Part shown: piece after piece, positions 1-13,412 of the stretch
How the letters are laid out: each line of letters starts with the position of its first letter
How positions within the stretch are numbered: position 1 is the first letter of the stretch
Source of the DNA: Vicugna vicugna
Lineage: Eukaryota
Length of the DNA stretch: 64,000 nucleotides
Direction: 5' to 3'
Assembly (NCBI GenBank): GCA_013265495.1
Contig: MU058198.1
Coordinates: 1,686,419-1,750,418 of the forward strand
Notes under the pieces: model-generated
Databases searched by the model: none
The model's input: the letters and a program-made list of their open reading frames with translations, nothing else
What the model was told of the DNA's origin: nothing
Position numbers and translations under genes: made by a program

Positions 1-548
1 GAGACATTTAGTATCAGCCAGACCTGGTCTAAGTTCTAGTTTTGCCTCTTACTGACTGTATAACCTTGAGCAAATTGCTTAATCAGTTTCCACCCCAATT
101 TCCATGCCAGGACAACGGGAATAATCATAGTTTCCAGGTCTTAAATGGGGCCAAGCCTCTAGAGGGTGTTTCAGCATGGAATTTTGCTAATAGCACATGC
201 TCAGTCACTGTGAGTTTTTATTATTAATCATTTTCACTATACACTATAAATTCACAAGCTATTTGCTCTATAGTTTTTTTGTTCTTCTTTTAAGATAGGG
301 GTTGGAAACTCAAAAGTCTGTCTGGGACCAAGTAGGTAATGTCAACAACTGAAAGTTGGCTGGACATAAGAAAATAATAAGGAATGGTGGAGACTGAGAC
401 AAACCAGAGAATGCCTTTCTTATCTAAGGGATGTAGCTACTGTTTAGCTTCAAATATTATATTTTTTTCAAGAGAAGTTAGAAATCTAGCTTATGTGAGA
501 GTTCCTTCATTTTCAAAACACATCTGTAGGCTAAATTCAGCCCATGGT

Positions 549-681
549 AGGGGTTGCCAGATAAGATACAGGATGCACTGGGATATATTTATACTGAAAA
601 GTTTTTCATTGTTTATTTGAAGTTCAAATTTAACTGGATGTCTTATGTTTTGTTTTTATTTTTCAAAATCTGACAACCTTA
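549..681. mobile_element. Internally deleted MER53, nested in an older hAT relic (~296-708)
   Basis: GGGTTGCCAGATAAGATACAGGA...AAATCTGACAACCT termini. Confidence 0.65.
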
Positions 682-765
682 GCCTATGGGTCACCATTTT
701 GCAACCTATGTTCTAAGAGGACTCAAAGGCACCGATTTCTAAGACTTACCAGAGCAGAGAATTCT

Positions 766-790
766 CACACACACACACACACACACACAC
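766..790. repeat. (CA)n microsatellite
   Basis: Direct reading. Confidence 0.95.
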
Positions 791-937
791 TTATTCAGTA
801 GTCTGTCATGGGGTCTGGACTTCTGTATTTTTAAAACACTCCCCAGGTGACTCTGCTGTTTTTCCCCAGTTTAGGATCACTGAGATGCCAAAAGTAATAC
901 TTAGCAAATTGAGAGAAAAGAGGCAACAAGAACGTAC

Positions 938-1109
938 CTCCAAGTCTGATTCAGATGGTTTGGTTTCTTTACTTTCTATTTCCATCTCCTGCTGTAACAT
1001 CACACCAATCTGCTCTTCAGGACTCATTGGTCTGCTTCCTGGGAGGGTCAAAGTCACTACCTCTTTCTTCACAGGTGAGGAGGCTGAGGTGTTACAGGCC
1101 AACCTGGTC
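938..1109 (-). CDS. DNAH3: Dynein axonemal heavy chain 3, coding exon (172 nt; TRLACNTSASSPVKKEV...PSESDLE)
   Basis: ttttcag acceptor, GAG|gtacgt donor; peptide matches human DNAH3 SPMKKEV...PSESDLE. Confidence 0.93.
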
Positions 1110-1374
1110 CTGAAAAGCATGCACAGCTCAGCCCTTGCTTCCACAGAACACCTCATAGGTTTGTTGGCATTGGTTTGGCTTAGTTGGCTGATTTATTTTT
1201 ATCAAGAGCCTCAAAAAATTAGGTTAAGAGGACTGGTGGGGAAAAAAACATGAGTAACTAGGTATCCAGGGATGCTTTAAAGTCAACAAGCAGAGTGTGG
1301 CTTCCGTGAGACCACAGCCTTCTTTCATTCAGCCTGGTGTCCCGCAATCCCCTGTGCCCATAGGAACACCTTAC

Positions 1375-1447
1375 CCAATGGGATCCTCTTTGCCTTTGGG
1401 GGAGAACTTCATTTTCTTCTTGTTGGGCTTTGATGAGCTTTTACTTG
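1375..1447 (-). CDS. DNAH3: DNAH3 coding exon (73 nt; SKSSSKPNKKKMKFSPKGKEDPI)
   Basis: ttttag acceptor, GG|gtaagg donor; phases 1 and 2 fit both neighbours; similar to human NRSSSEPMRKKTKFSSRNKEDST. Confidence 0.88.
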
Positions 1448-3440
1448 CTAAAACAGTGGGAAAGAAAGACATCAGTGATGCGCAGTGGCCTTGGGCCATC
1501 CTCAGTCTATAGGGACGTGCGTCTCAGGACAGTCCAGCAGCACACTAAGGGTAGTGGATCTGGCATGGCGGGATGAGGCAAGACATGTGGGCCCTGGTCC
1601 CACCTGTACCACTAACAACCTGTGTGACTCTAAAGAAGTGACTTCATCACTCCAAGCCTCAGCTTGCACAGCTGTGAAATGGGGATAAGCACACCCCTGT
1701 TCTCTCATACATTGGAGGAGTATCAATAATTGCTCAATTCACTCCCCAATCCTATATGGTCTATTTTCTAAACATCAGGTATATTACTGTTCAATATTTT
1801 TCTTTAAAGAGATTCAGACTTTTAAACTTAATATATTTATTTTAAAGGAAAAATTATATGATTATCACAAATAGAAAAACCAGTATGATTTGAAATAAAT
1901 ATAATTATTACAAATAGAAAAACCAATATCATTTGTAATAAATAGAAGGTATTACAATAAACATCATTTGCAATAAATAAATCCAATAAGTAATATAAAA
2001 CCCTATTATTAAACCTTAGATATTTACTTAAGTTTCTAGCCTAAGGAAATTTACAAGTCATACAGCATGTTAAAGACATACAAATATGAAACTGACATTC
2101 TGAGAGAATCAAAGAGAACTGAAGACTCTTGGTCAAGATGTATTTTGAGTTCATACTTTGTTTTCCTCAGTCTACTCCAGATACAACAATAACAGACCAA
2201 AAAACTCTTTAAAATTAGAAAGACAATGCATTTTTCAAAAAGATGCTCTTCTATGTGGACCGGAAATAAACGCAGTGTGAAGTAAAAGTCTTAAATTTGG
2301 CTTCTGAGGCCAGAAGGGAGCAGAAGTAGTTAGGTGCTTGATACCTGGGGGAGTAATAAAATCTCAAACACACCGTGATTGTGGGGACCGCAGCAAGGCT
2401 CTCAGCATAAAGCCAGGGCTGCCCTACCCATGAAGACAGGCTGAAAAGGCAACAACACTGTCGTGCAGATAAAGCACGCGTGTCCTCAATCCACATGGTG
2501 ACCAGAGATAGCAAAGAAAGGCTGACAATAACCAGGCCAAGCCTCACATTGCCTCAGGGACCAGATCTACAAGATCCCCAAACATCACCTTAGGACGGGA
2601 GCCTGAAGCCAGTGATAAAAGATCTGCTACTAATTTGGGGTCCTAAGATGCCAGATGAAGGCATACAGGAAAAAAAGCAAGATTTAAAAAGGTATGTCAA
2701 AAGAGTGCACTGTTTGAGTACTTTTACATGTGAGAACAAACAAATCAAATCTATGATGACAGAAATTAGAAAGTGATGGAAATGCCCCATATCTTGTTTG
2801 GGTGGTGGCTCTATGATATAAACAACTGTCAAAACTCACTGAAATGAATACTTGAGATCTGTGCATTTTATTGTGTGTAAATTATACCTCAGCTAACAAA
2901 TGCGGAATGCAGGTAGCAAGAAGGGGAGAAGTTCTCAACATAAGCCAGCAAACTAAAATCCCAGAACACAAGAGAAAAACAAATATGAAGAAAGATAGCC
3001 AATAAATTCAACAATCGAAAGACATATTCACAAAATGGAAATGATACAGCAAAGCCAATATTGCCCCCAAATAAATGTTTAAGATCCTCCAAGTGATATT
3101 GAAAGTGTTATGTCCATGAGAATAGAATAAGAAATTGGCAAGGGTGGTACCCAAAAATAGGACAATTAGAAAATCTGAAAATGAAAAGATTAAAAAAAAA
3201 TTCATTAGACATGATAAACTCAAGACTGAATAGAACTGAAGAGCAAATTAGTGAATTGGAAGATATATTTAAAGAATCACCCAGAAGAAGCACAGAAAGA
3301 ATAAAGAAAAACATGAAAATGAGTTTGAGACAGCAGGCAGACTGAGAGGCCCCAACACACCTCTGACAAGAATTACTAAAGGATATCCTTAAGCACATGT
3401 ATGTGTACCTGGTGAGACTAAATAAATACATATAAAGTAC

Positions 3441-3967
3441 TGTGGAAAGCCACTTCCAAGATGGTCCCCAAGGATCCCCACTTCCTGGAATCATGCCCCT
3501 GTGTAATCCTCTTGAGTGTGGGCTGGACCTAGCAACTCGCTTCTGACAAACAGAAAATGGCAAAAGTGATAGCGTGTCACCTGCAAAATTAAGTTCCAAA
3601 ATGACAGTGTTTTCTGTCTTACTCGCTCTCTTTTCTCTCCTGGTCTCTCCCTCATTTCCTCTAAGGGAAGCCACAAGTCATGTTGTGAGCTGCCCTACCT
3701 AAAGATAGGCCCATATGGCAAGAAATTGATGTCTGTGACCAATAGGCACCAGGGTATGTGAGTAAGCTTGGAAGAGGGTCCTTCCCTGGTTGCTGTTAGA
3801 TGACTGTGGCCCTGGCTGACACCTTGATTGCACACCTGTGAGTGCCTCTGAGCCAGATAAGCCATGCCCAGATTCCTGACCCACAGAAACCACAAGATAA
3901 TAAATGGTGATTGTTTTAAACTATTGAGTTGGGAAGTGACTGGTGATGCAGCAGTCAACAAGTACAC
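3441..3967 (+). mobile_element. MaLR solo LTR (MLT1-type)
   Basis: Typical MLT1 motifs (CCAAGATGG.CCCC, TTCCTGACCCACAGAAAC, AATAAATGG..TTGTTTTAA). Confidence 0.75.
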
Positions 3968-4163
3968 AGAGCAGTGCTTGGTATATGGTAAGTGCAATGT
4001 TAGCCATTACAATCATTCCCATTTCATAGATGAGGAGACTGAGGCTCCATGAGGCTACCCAAGGTTTGCTGCAGCAAAAGGTGGAGCCAGGACTAGAATC
4101 CAAGATTAGAATTCTCACTCCTAAGCGCCATCCTGAGCAGGTATGGCACACTGCCAGAAATAC

Positions 4164-4386
4164 CTGATAGCAGCCCCTGAATGATCTTTTCTCTCGGGAC
4201 ACTGATGGTGACTGGCTGGTAGACTTTCAGCAGGTCCTTCAGCTTCAGGTCCCGGGCAGTCAAGGAATAGTTGTTGGCAATGGAGTCGCTGGGTCCACGG
4301 TAGTGCTGCTGCTCTTTGAAGGGTGTAGCCAGGGTCCATGACGTGCGTTGCATCAAGGGGGGATAAAAGCTGTGCGACATGACTGT
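4164..4386 (-). CDS. DNAH3: DNAH3 coding exon (223 nt; TVMSHSFYPPLMQRTSWTLATPFKEQ...QGLLS)
   Basis: ttcccttgtag acceptor, G|gtattt donor; near-identical to recalled human DNAH3 peptide; overlaps ORF 4093..4380. Confidence 0.95.
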
Positions 4387-4933
4387 CTACAAGGGAAAAA
4401 ATGCAGAGTGAAGGACGAAGGAGGACATCCCTCGGGGAGCCTGGGCTTTGTGGGGCCCGGGTGACACTCCCACTGAGCCTCACGGACTCCCACATGCCTT
4501 ACACTGCGGTTCTACCTTCTGCACATGCAGTGCAAATACACTTTCTGAATAGACACCAAATGTACTTCTCTGACCCCTGTGAGCATGATTTCTGATGACA
4601 AGGGTTACAGCAGACTTTCAGTATCCAGTAAGTCTGTGAGCCAGGTAATTTACATCTATTGTTTTTATTGCCATGGACTTGGCTATAAGGCAGAAATAAT
4701 TGTTCACATTTTATAGTCGAAGATGCAGAAGTCCAGAGAGTTTAAACAATGCAGCAGGTAAGCAAGAAGGCTAGATTCTAATTCATGTTTGTCCTATGGC
4801 ATAGCTCTTTCTCCCCTCTTGCTGTCACCTCTTCCAGCGGCAGGAATGACCAAGGCCGCTAATCCCACTTGTCAGATCTGACTGTTTGCCCCCAACTAGT
4901 GCCAACAGAAGAGTAGCAGCCAGGTGAACATAC

Positions 4934-5038
4934 TTGATAGAGTTCAGATGGTTCCCCATTGGCAGAAGCAGGCAGAGGGGGCAACTCCGGCCGCGTCTGG
5001 GAGTGGCTCATGTGATGTATTGAGTCACTTTTGGGGAT
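4934..5038 (-). CDS. DNAH3: DNAH3 coding exon (105 nt; IPKSDSIHHMSHSQTRPELPPLPASANGEPSELYQ)
   Basis: ttctcacag acceptor, CAA|gtatgt donor; matches human IAKSDSIHHMSHSQGQPELPPLPASANEEPSGLYQ. Confidence 0.95.
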
Positions 5039-8000
5039 CTGTGAGAAACAGACACACAGCCACTCTTCAGGAATTAGGAAAAGATTTCCAACCCTATGAG
5101 GCTGATGAGGAGGAAAGGGGTCCTCAGAGTTCTGTGCCTAAAGCACCCTTCTCACCCCCATCCATCATGTAGGTTTCAGTTTTTAATTGTTAACGTCTCT
5201 CCTCTAGTGTTTCCTTCTCGGCTACCCTTCTATGAGAAAATTCAGATATTTTTCACCCTGGGAAGAGCTCAAATTCTGAGGGCACCCACAGCCACCCGAC
5301 CCTGGGTTGTGATTAAAGGGGTTGACTTTTAAAAATTGACTCTTGCGTTTCACATAGGCAAAACTCCAAATAGAAATCTGCTTATGCAGTGACATTGTAT
5401 TTTACCTGTGTTTAACACACACTTATGTACCTCTGTGCTTCCTGTGAAAAGAAAAACTGTGTGGGTGTGAGGCCACCATTCCATTCAATGAGTATGTACT
5501 TGGGAGTGAGCCTCAGGTAGGGGTGAACCTGTGGCTCCCACAGCCACTCTCAGTTCCCAGTGCCTCTTCCCCTCAGAGTTGAAGGTGACTGCAGTGCTGA
5601 GCGATGCTGCGTGTGTTTCAGTCCACATGCAGCCCCCACATGCAAGACAACTACTTCCTCTGGGGCTGTGGAGGAAAACTGCTGGGCTGGACTTAGTGAG
5701 AGGTCTTGCTTCACAGCACTTTGAAGATGATTTAAGGGGCTTGCAAGCCCAGTTTTGGCTCTCTGTAATTTTTCACTTTAGGCAATGACTGTAGACTGAA
5801 CTATGTAAGATGAGACATTATTGAATTGATTTGATTTATTTAGGTTGGCAAATTATGTCATGCCAGGTAATTGGCAGAAGGTGGAGGGGAAGGTGGGGGG
5901 GGTGGTATATGAAGCAGATGTTAGCCATCCCCATGCCCCAACCAATCCCTCCCTGATGACTCAACCTCATAAAATAACATTAGCAATAATAACATCTGCC
6001 ATTATTCCAACTTATTATGTGCCAGGCACTTATGAGATTTTCATACCCTCGTTTTCGCTTACACTAAGCTCAGAGAGGAAAAGTAACACATCCTAGCTAC
6101 ACAGAGGTGCTTTTAAATACACATCACTCTGCACCCCAGCGCATTAGAAACAGCAAGTATCACTTACACAGCAAATCACTTTGGGAATGTGTTGATTTTA
6201 AAATTAAACAAAAGCATGCAAACCCTTAAACAAAAATGTATACTGAGCCTGGGATTTTTAAAAGCAGAATAGGTTCACTGATCTAACAGTCTAATTCAAT
6301 GGTTTTCAAAAACTGCGGCGCACCAGACCCACCAATGGAACTTTATTAAACATAGGGATGCTCAGGCTCCACCTTAAACATGCTGACTTTGAGACCCACT
6401 GACCCTCTTGTTTTCAGCTTAGAGAATTTGCTTTGTTGATTTAAATCCCTACGTCTGTCTCTCTGTTCTTGACCTCAGTTTCAAGGATCTAAGAATTGAC
6501 CCATTATCTATAAGAGCCTTCTCTTTTAATACTGAAATTTACATCAGATCTGCACTGGTAAAGTGAACCAAATGAAAAAACCCAGCATCAACTTGAAAGG
6601 AGTTTGGCCATCTTCTGAAAGTAGATTTTGGCAGCAGTATTTTCAGGGATATGAAGCTATTCATGATTTCCTTCAAGATCCCAGATGTACAACACATACT
6701 GGTTGATAAGTGACAGCAATCTGTATTTCATCTTTGCAAGCAAGAAGGTTTTGTTGGTCAGTGGAAATCTTTCCCTTGGCCTAGCTTTTGAATCTGTTTC
6801 AAATAGAAATCTTCATTAAAAGAGCAACAAGCAAACACCACAGATTTCGAACATCTTAAATAAGTTACAACGAGATTGGAAACAGGCAGTTAAACCAAAA
6901 AAACCCCTAACCTTCTGCACTCGAAGAGGATGTTAACATTATTCAGAGGGGGTCTTGGCATTGATGCTTCTGCTTACAGAGTAAAACTGATTTCATCCCT
7001 GACACCAACTGGGAAGTTACTCTCCCCAGAAAAACAGGTAAATAGAGCCCTAGTGGATGCAACTGGCTTTACTCCAATTTCAGTCTGTGTTGTACAGTGG
7101 GCTGATCCCAGCCCCTGTGTCCAGGACAGAGCGTGTGACACAAGTCTGGCTAATCAGAATACTCTCTCCTCCCAGGCACTGTGACGGGTGCAGGGACAGG
7201 CATGTGGTACAAGCTAGGATGATCAGTCTTTCCTGACACTTTCGCTAGAACTATTGAGAAAGAGGTACTTTCAACAGCCATCTTTGCCTTACACAGAATA
7301 AGTCTTCCTTAGACAAAAGCCAGCATGAAAGAAAGCAGAGCCACCAGAAGGAGAAAGACAGACTCCCAGTGACCTCAACTGGACCAATCTGATCTAAGAA
7401 CTGACCTTCAAGGATCCAACTTGAACTTCTCAGTTACTTAAGGCTATAGATTCCCTTTTGGGTTTGAGCTGGACTGAATTATATTTATGTCTCTCCATAC
7501 TGAGAGATGCTCACCCAAGAGATAGATCCAGAGGCAGCTGAGTCATCATACAAAGAGAAAAGCCATTCTTGGGATAATAATGAAAGCAAAACAACATTTT
7601 GTAAGAAAGCAAATTAACATTGAGCATTTTTGCAGAACAAAGTGGAGAGGAGCAGAACCTCTGAAAAACAAATTAAACTTTGAGCTGGTTCATAGGCACA
7701 GACTAAGACTTATACACACAGAGCCATAAGACCCTGATAGTGGAAAACAGCTCAGTGCATGGGACAGGGAACCGTGGGACACATACAAGATCAGCAGATT
7801 TAGAAATCAATTCCAGTATAGAGCGGAGTTTTCTTTGAACACACCTGCCTAAGAATCCTCTGTGGTGCCCTCAAAGGGAAAGGGATGGAGATTTTTGTAA
7901 GAACTACCTGGCTACCCAAAACGGTTTTGTTAAACATATTAATATTTAAATGTTCTCTCCAGTAAATTGCAGAAAGTATTCGTTTCAGAGGTGGGCTCAG

Positions 8001-8664
8001 TAATTATCAACAAATCCACTTTAATTTTATAAAGTTTTGATTTAAAATGCTCCTCTGGATACTTCAATGTATGGCAACTTAGTGGATCTTGGCTTCGTCA
8101 CCAAGATTCTGGCACCTAGATTGGTAAAACTGTTATTTCCAGGTGGCTAGTTTCTGGCTACATGTGATGTTTGTACATCCTTCGTGGAGGTAGTTCCCAA
8201 ATGCTCGCCTGAGGACCTACAACAGCAGAATCAGTGGAGTCTTAGCTAAAAACACAGATTGCAGGGCTCCACTCCGGACCTTTTGGACCGGAATCTTTGG
8301 GAGTGAGGCCAAATCTCTACGTTTTCAAGATACTCCCTAGGATAAAATTATGTGCATCCGGTATTGGGAACTGTTGGATGGAATAAATGGTCTAATGGCC
8401 TGGAAAGGAAGGGAAAGGAACAACAGGTGTCTATTCCTGAAATTTGCACAGTAAAACCTGAAGATGTCCAAAAGGCAAATTCAGCAAAAAGCATAATTCA
8501 AGGACACACCAAAATGTGATGAACACATATGCTCGGTCAAGGAGATCTAACATGGCACTTGGTCTATGATTGATACATCCCCTTCCCGCCCACTTCCAAA
8601 TTCCTTACATGTTGAAAATACCACAGGTGAGAAAAAAGAAATATACCTTAAAATTCACACCTAC

Positions 8665-8703
8665 CTTCTGAGATAAGCAATCCATGTCACTCATGTTGTC
8701 CAT
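8665..8703 (-). CDS. DNAH3: DNAH3 probable first coding exon (MDN-MSDMDCLSQK; second in-frame ATG at 8694)
   Basis: Strong AAG|gtaggt donor, phase 0 into exon 4934-5038; resembles the recalled rodent N-terminus MSD..C.AQK; possible acceptor ccag at 8709-8712. Confidence 0.7.
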
Positions 8704-10256
8704 TCTAACTGGACTTATTTAAAAAGGAACACAGAGCTCTCTGTTTCTACCTCTCCTACCAGTGGCTCTGAAATTCACACTTTCTTATAGCATAATGGGG
8801 ATGACATAGATAATGGAACTTTCCAGATGTTCTGAAAGCTCTGTTCACAGGGCTGCCCCCCTGAGGTCATAGACTTCAGCTCCCCGAGGAGTTTCCTGGT
8901 AGAAGAGAGAAAGGGAAGCTAGATAATGAAGAGGCAGCATTGGGGTTCTGCTGGGCTTTCTGCTGTGGTTCCTAGTCCTCCTGCAACGGCTGCTCTTCCC
9001 TTCCACTGAGCGGCTTCTCTCTTGGAAATTTTCCAGGAACACTCCGCGTTCACTGTAGAGGAAAAACTGAAGCAGAGTTATGAATTAACACAGAGAAGAG
9101 GAAGGAAGCACCCCACCAAACAATCCCTCTGGTGGCTTGAACTCTTCTCTCTTCTCTTCCTTGGGTTATTTTAACACTGGAAGGGCTTGTACCCAGGCCC
9201 TGGGGCCAGTCACAAGGCTTCAGCGTCTGTTGCTAGGGAAGGAGGGGCCTCTGTGCCCAGAATCAAGACTGGGCTTGACTCAGCTCTGTGTCCTGGCTTC
9301 ATCCTTTGCTGGAGGCCAGCTGGCCAGCAGGAAGTATTGGTGACGGAAAGGAAGGTTTAGCATTGACCCAGAAATGCAGAGGTGACTGGCAATTAGCGGC
9401 TGTGCCTCTGGAGGCATCCAAATGCACAGAGTGGTGGTTAAATTCTTGGGCCCGAGAGTCAGACAGGTCTGGGATCAGACCCTGTCTTTCCCAGTAATTA
9501 GCTATGTGGCTTGAGCAAATTGCTTAATCTCTCCAAGTGTCCTTTATAATGTAAAATGCCAACAATGTGAGAACCTACCTCACAGGTGGATTCGAGGGTT
9601 TAATGAGACAACACCTGTAAAGCAATTTGGACACAGTAGACGGATGACCAACTTGTCCCAGTTTCCTGGGACTTCCTGGGTTTTAACACTGCAAGTCCTG
9701 CATCCTGGGGAACCCCCTCAGTCCTGGGCAAACAAGGACAGTTTGGTTACTTAACACAGTAGGCACTCTGTAAACGTGGCTAACATCATTCTCATGATAA
9801 ACACAGAAACACATGCACACATACACTCATACACAGACGCTGTATTAGCTGTTGCCCAAACAAGGGAACTGGCCTGGAGCCTTCATGCTTCCATCAAGTA
9901 CCTGCCCAGAACACAAACATTTCTGAGACTTACAATGAGCATTACATAGTACCAAGTACTTCCGTTTCTCTTACCTCTTCCTTAAAGTTGGGCTTTCCAT
10001 ACTTTCAGAATAAACTTGAGACTCCTCATTCCTTACATTTGCACTCTCTACCATAAGGTATATATAGTTTCAAATAGTGTTTGGAATAAATGAGCCAGTG
10101 ACAGGGTTTGAGATTTTAGACAGAAATGGGGTTTATTACCAGACTTCCTAGAATAGTGCATGGAATCCCTGTCCCACAAAAAAACCAGCAGCTGTAACCC
10201 AACAAAGAACTAGAAAAGGGGTGGTATGATGCTCATTGCATGCCCCCTACTCACGG

Positions 10257-10282
10257 GTGTGTGTGTGTGTGTGTGTGTGTGT
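10257..10282. repeat. (GT)n microsatellite
   Basis: Direct reading. Confidence 0.95.
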
Positions 10283-10778
10283 AGGAGACGTGCCTCCATC
10301 GGAAATTCTGTGTGCTTTAAGTCCACCTGTGTTTAAAAACATCAAACCAATAATTACAGCTTCCATTTATTGCTCTATACTAGCTTCTGGCACTGTGCTA
10401 AGCACTTAATGAGCAAGTCTTTCCGAATCTTCTCAACAATGCAGAAGATAAATACAATTATCCCAAGTTTTATGACTTTGGAAACTGAGGAACAAGGTGA
10501 TTAAGTAATTTGCCCGTAGTCCCACAGCTAGGTCAGTGGTAAAGCTGGAACTTGAACCTGATTATGGAATCTGCTCCATGGCTTTAGCCAAAGCCTACAT
10601 GAAGTCTGAAGTAAGACAGAAAATAAGTTAAATATCTATCAAAGAGAATGAAAATTCCATCATCTCTCCCTGCCTCAGACCACTTTGCTTGCACCAGAAC
10701 TGTTTTCTGACTTCATCAGTTCAATCATTTTCAAGCAAGGATGCAGGCCTCAAATCCCTTAATCAACTTCAAGTATAT

Positions 10779-10961
10779 AGGGTTGCCAGACAAAACACAG
10801 GATGCCCGGTTAAATTAGATTTGCAAGTAAACAACATTTTTTTAGTATAAGTATGTCCCATTCAATATTTCGGACATTCTTATACTAAAAAGTTATCTGT
10901 TGCTCACCTGGAATTCAAATTGGACTGGGTGCCCCGTATTTTTATTTGCTAAATCTGGCAA
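10779..10961. mobile_element. MER53 palindromic hAT-type MITE, near full length
   Basis: AGGGTTGCCAGA...TCTGGCAA termini and central TTTAGTATAAGTATGTCCCA / GGACATTCTTATACTAAA inverted repeat. Confidence 0.8.
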
Positions 10962-11435
10962 TACGTGGAGAAGAGGTCAGCTAGGTTCTAGACTGTCCTC
11001 ATCTATGTGGTGTTAACAGCTTAGATCTCCATCTGCTGCTGGAAATCTTCACACATTTCATATTCAGCGTCCAGTGCTTCTGGCAGATCTTTTCTGAGGC
11101 TTGAAACAATTGCTTAGCCAGGTTAAGTAACTGTGGAAAAGTGCACATGGATTTATTGACCCATCAAATGGTCAGCAAGAGCCAAGTCCTCGTGCTACAG
11201 AGAGAGGCTAAGATTCCCACTGTCAGGGAATATGTAAGGTGGAAGAAGAGGCAGCCAATACAGGAGGAAAAGCAAAATCTGGCTGGCTGCACAAAAATGC
11301 CAGAGGTGGAATGAATTAGAGGATTCGCAGAGGCACCCCTAGAGGGCATCCTTGAACAAAATTTCCAGCGGAAGCCCCAGTTCAGATTTCCAAAGCAACA
11401 CCCAGCAGAGATGGAAGGTTGCAACGCTTTGTTCT

Positions 11436-11465
11436 AAACAAAACAAAACAAAACAAAACAAAACA
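11436..11465. repeat. (AAAAC)n pentanucleotide repeat
   Basis: Direct reading. Confidence 0.9.
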
Positions 11466-11719
11466 GTCCTTTCCTGAGTCCTTTCCTACTGCAGCTGGAA
11501 AAAAAGGCATGAAACCAGATAGGACTGCCTGAAACATAAGAATTTAGGACACTTTTCTGTCCATGTCTTCCTATCTTTGCCATTAGCTTCTCCTTTCTCG
11601 GCAGTTGCAGAGTTAGAGTAGGATTCCTTATCTTACTATCCCCCAGCTTATGTCTCTACCCACCAGCCTGATTATTTTCAGAAATATTAGTTGGTGGAAG
11701 TAATACATCATTGTGGGGG

Positions 11720-12040
11720 GGGGCAAAATTAGTGAAGGAAGTCAAAACATACAGACTTCCAGTTATAAAATGTCATAGGGATGTAATGTACAGCATGGTA
11801 ACTATAGTTAACACTGCATTTCAATATTTGAAAGTTACTAAGAGAGTAAATCTTAAAAGTTCTCATCACAAGAAAAAAAATTCTGTAATTATATATGGTG
11901 ACAGATGTTAACTAGGCTTCTTGCGATTATTTTGCAATATACCCAAATACCAAATCATCACGTTATACTTGTACACCTGAAACTAATACAAAGTTGTATG
12001 TCAAGTATACCGCAAAAAAAAAAAATAAAGAAAAAAAGAA
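11720..12040 (+). mobile_element. Old L1 3' end with A-tail
   Basis: GTACAGCATGGTAACTATAGTT...GTACACCTGAAACTAATA motifs plus poly(A). Confidence 0.75.
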
Positions 12041-12448
12041 AAATAAACCAAGTAGCCTTTAAAAGACACAGGAAAAAGAAATAGCAATACATTAAATATA
12101 TTTGAGTCCCTCCGATGTTCCAGACAGGTGCTACATTCTTTACAGCCAGTACTGCACCAGTCCTCACTACGACCCCGTGATAGCTTTTCTCTTTCCTAAA
12201 GAGTTATCTTCCAGGTCGCAATGGACACAGGTCACAGAGGAGAGAGAGGTCAACACAGGTCCCTGGATGAAAGGGGTCTGAGAACTGTGCAGTAGCAGGC
12301 CAGTCTTCAAGTCTATCCCTCCACTTTACAGATGAAGCTGAAGCTCAGAGAGGTAACTCATCCAGGGTCACACAGCAAGAGTGTGACCTGGTACCAGAGC
12401 CCAGGACTGCTGGCCCCCAGTCCATGGTCTTCACCAGTACGCTCTATG

Positions 12449-12654
12449 GCAGCTGTTCTCAACCCAGACAACTGGGGACACCTGCCAGTGTTCGGGGACA
12501 TTTTTAGTTGTCTTCAGGGAAGGAAAGTACCACTGGTCTCCAGTGGGTCGAGGCCAGGGATGCGGCTAAACATCCCACAATGCACAGCACAGCCCCGTTA
12601 GCACAGAATTTTCCTGCCCAAAACGTCAGTAGCGCTGCCCATTGAGACACCCAG
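12449..12654 (+). mobile_element. MER20 DNA transposon
   Basis: GTTCTCAACC...GAGGCCAGGGATGCGGCTAAACATCC.ACAATGCACAG...GCCCAAAACGTCAGTAG. Confidence 0.75.
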
Positions 12655-13329
12655 CTGTGTGGGCTGGAATTGGGGTCAGGGAACATGTGCTCTGGCTCTG
12701 ACTTGAAACCAAAGGATTTGGGGTTAGACTTTTTCATTTAGAAAATGGTGCTACTAATCTAACCGGTCTTTAAGGACCTCACAGGCTCACGACATTTGCA
12801 TTTGGTCAAAGTAATGGTTGAAACCTTCCAGTCAAGGTCGTACCTCATCACTTGTCTGTCCTGAGCGCCAGGGGTGGTTCCAGAAGAGTCGCTTCAGGGT
12901 ATTTAGGCCGGAGAAGCCCCAAGACCCTGTGACCACCTTTCTTTGCCACCTGTCTCTGAGCGGACCCGGGCACTCGCACTCCAAACCAAGAGTGTAGGAA
13001 AGGCAGCTGTTTTTGAGCCTTAGTTTCCTCACATATTCCTTACTCTGGGCTTGTCTTGTCGGAGAGGCTCCCAAAGGCTGAGGGGACCGCGCACTTTCAA
13101 ACGCCGCCGCGACGCCGGGGGTGGGGGCGGTGGCCGCGGTGCCGGGGGTGCGCCTGGGCGCGGTCCTTCCGGCCGCCGGCGGGCAAAGCGGGGCGGAGGG
13201 GCGGGGCCGCAGCCGGAGGGCGGAGGAAGGCGGCCGGCGGGGGTGCGGGGGTGCAGGCGGAGGGGAGAGGGGGAGGGGAGGGGAAGGCGCCGGCTCCGCT
13301 CGGGACCCCGCCCTGCCCCGCCGCGCTTT

Positions 13330-13412
13330 CCTTCCTCCTCCTGCTCTCGCCTCGGTCTGCTCTCGCCTCGCTCTGCTCCCGCCTCGCTCTGCTCCGCGGC
13401 CGTCGGAACTAG
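13330..13412 (+). other. LDAF1: LDAF1/TMEM159 probable non-coding exon 1 (start approximate)
   Basis: Lies just downstream of GC boxes in the CpG island; ends at AG|gtgaga donor (13413). Confidence 0.6.

Larger units (their letters stand above)
938..8703 (-). other. DNAH3: DNAH3 gene, 5' part (coding exons 8665-8703, 4934-5038, 4164-4386, 1375-1447, 938-1109); continues beyond the left edge
   Basis: Five phase-compatible GT-AG exons give MDNMSDMDCLSQK-IPKSDSIHHMSHSQ...MSHSFYPPLMQRTSWTLA...PSESDLE, which matches the recalled DNAH3 N-terminus; synteny with TMEM159/ZP2. Confidence 0.9.

Noticed and set aside
3108..3674. 188-aa minus-strand ORF
   Set aside because: Runs across antisense L1 debris and an MLT LTR; no coherent protein features
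8845..9042. 65-aa minus ORF near the DNAH3 first coding exon
   Set aside because: Non-ATG start, no convincing splice sites, no similarity to DNAH3 that I recognise
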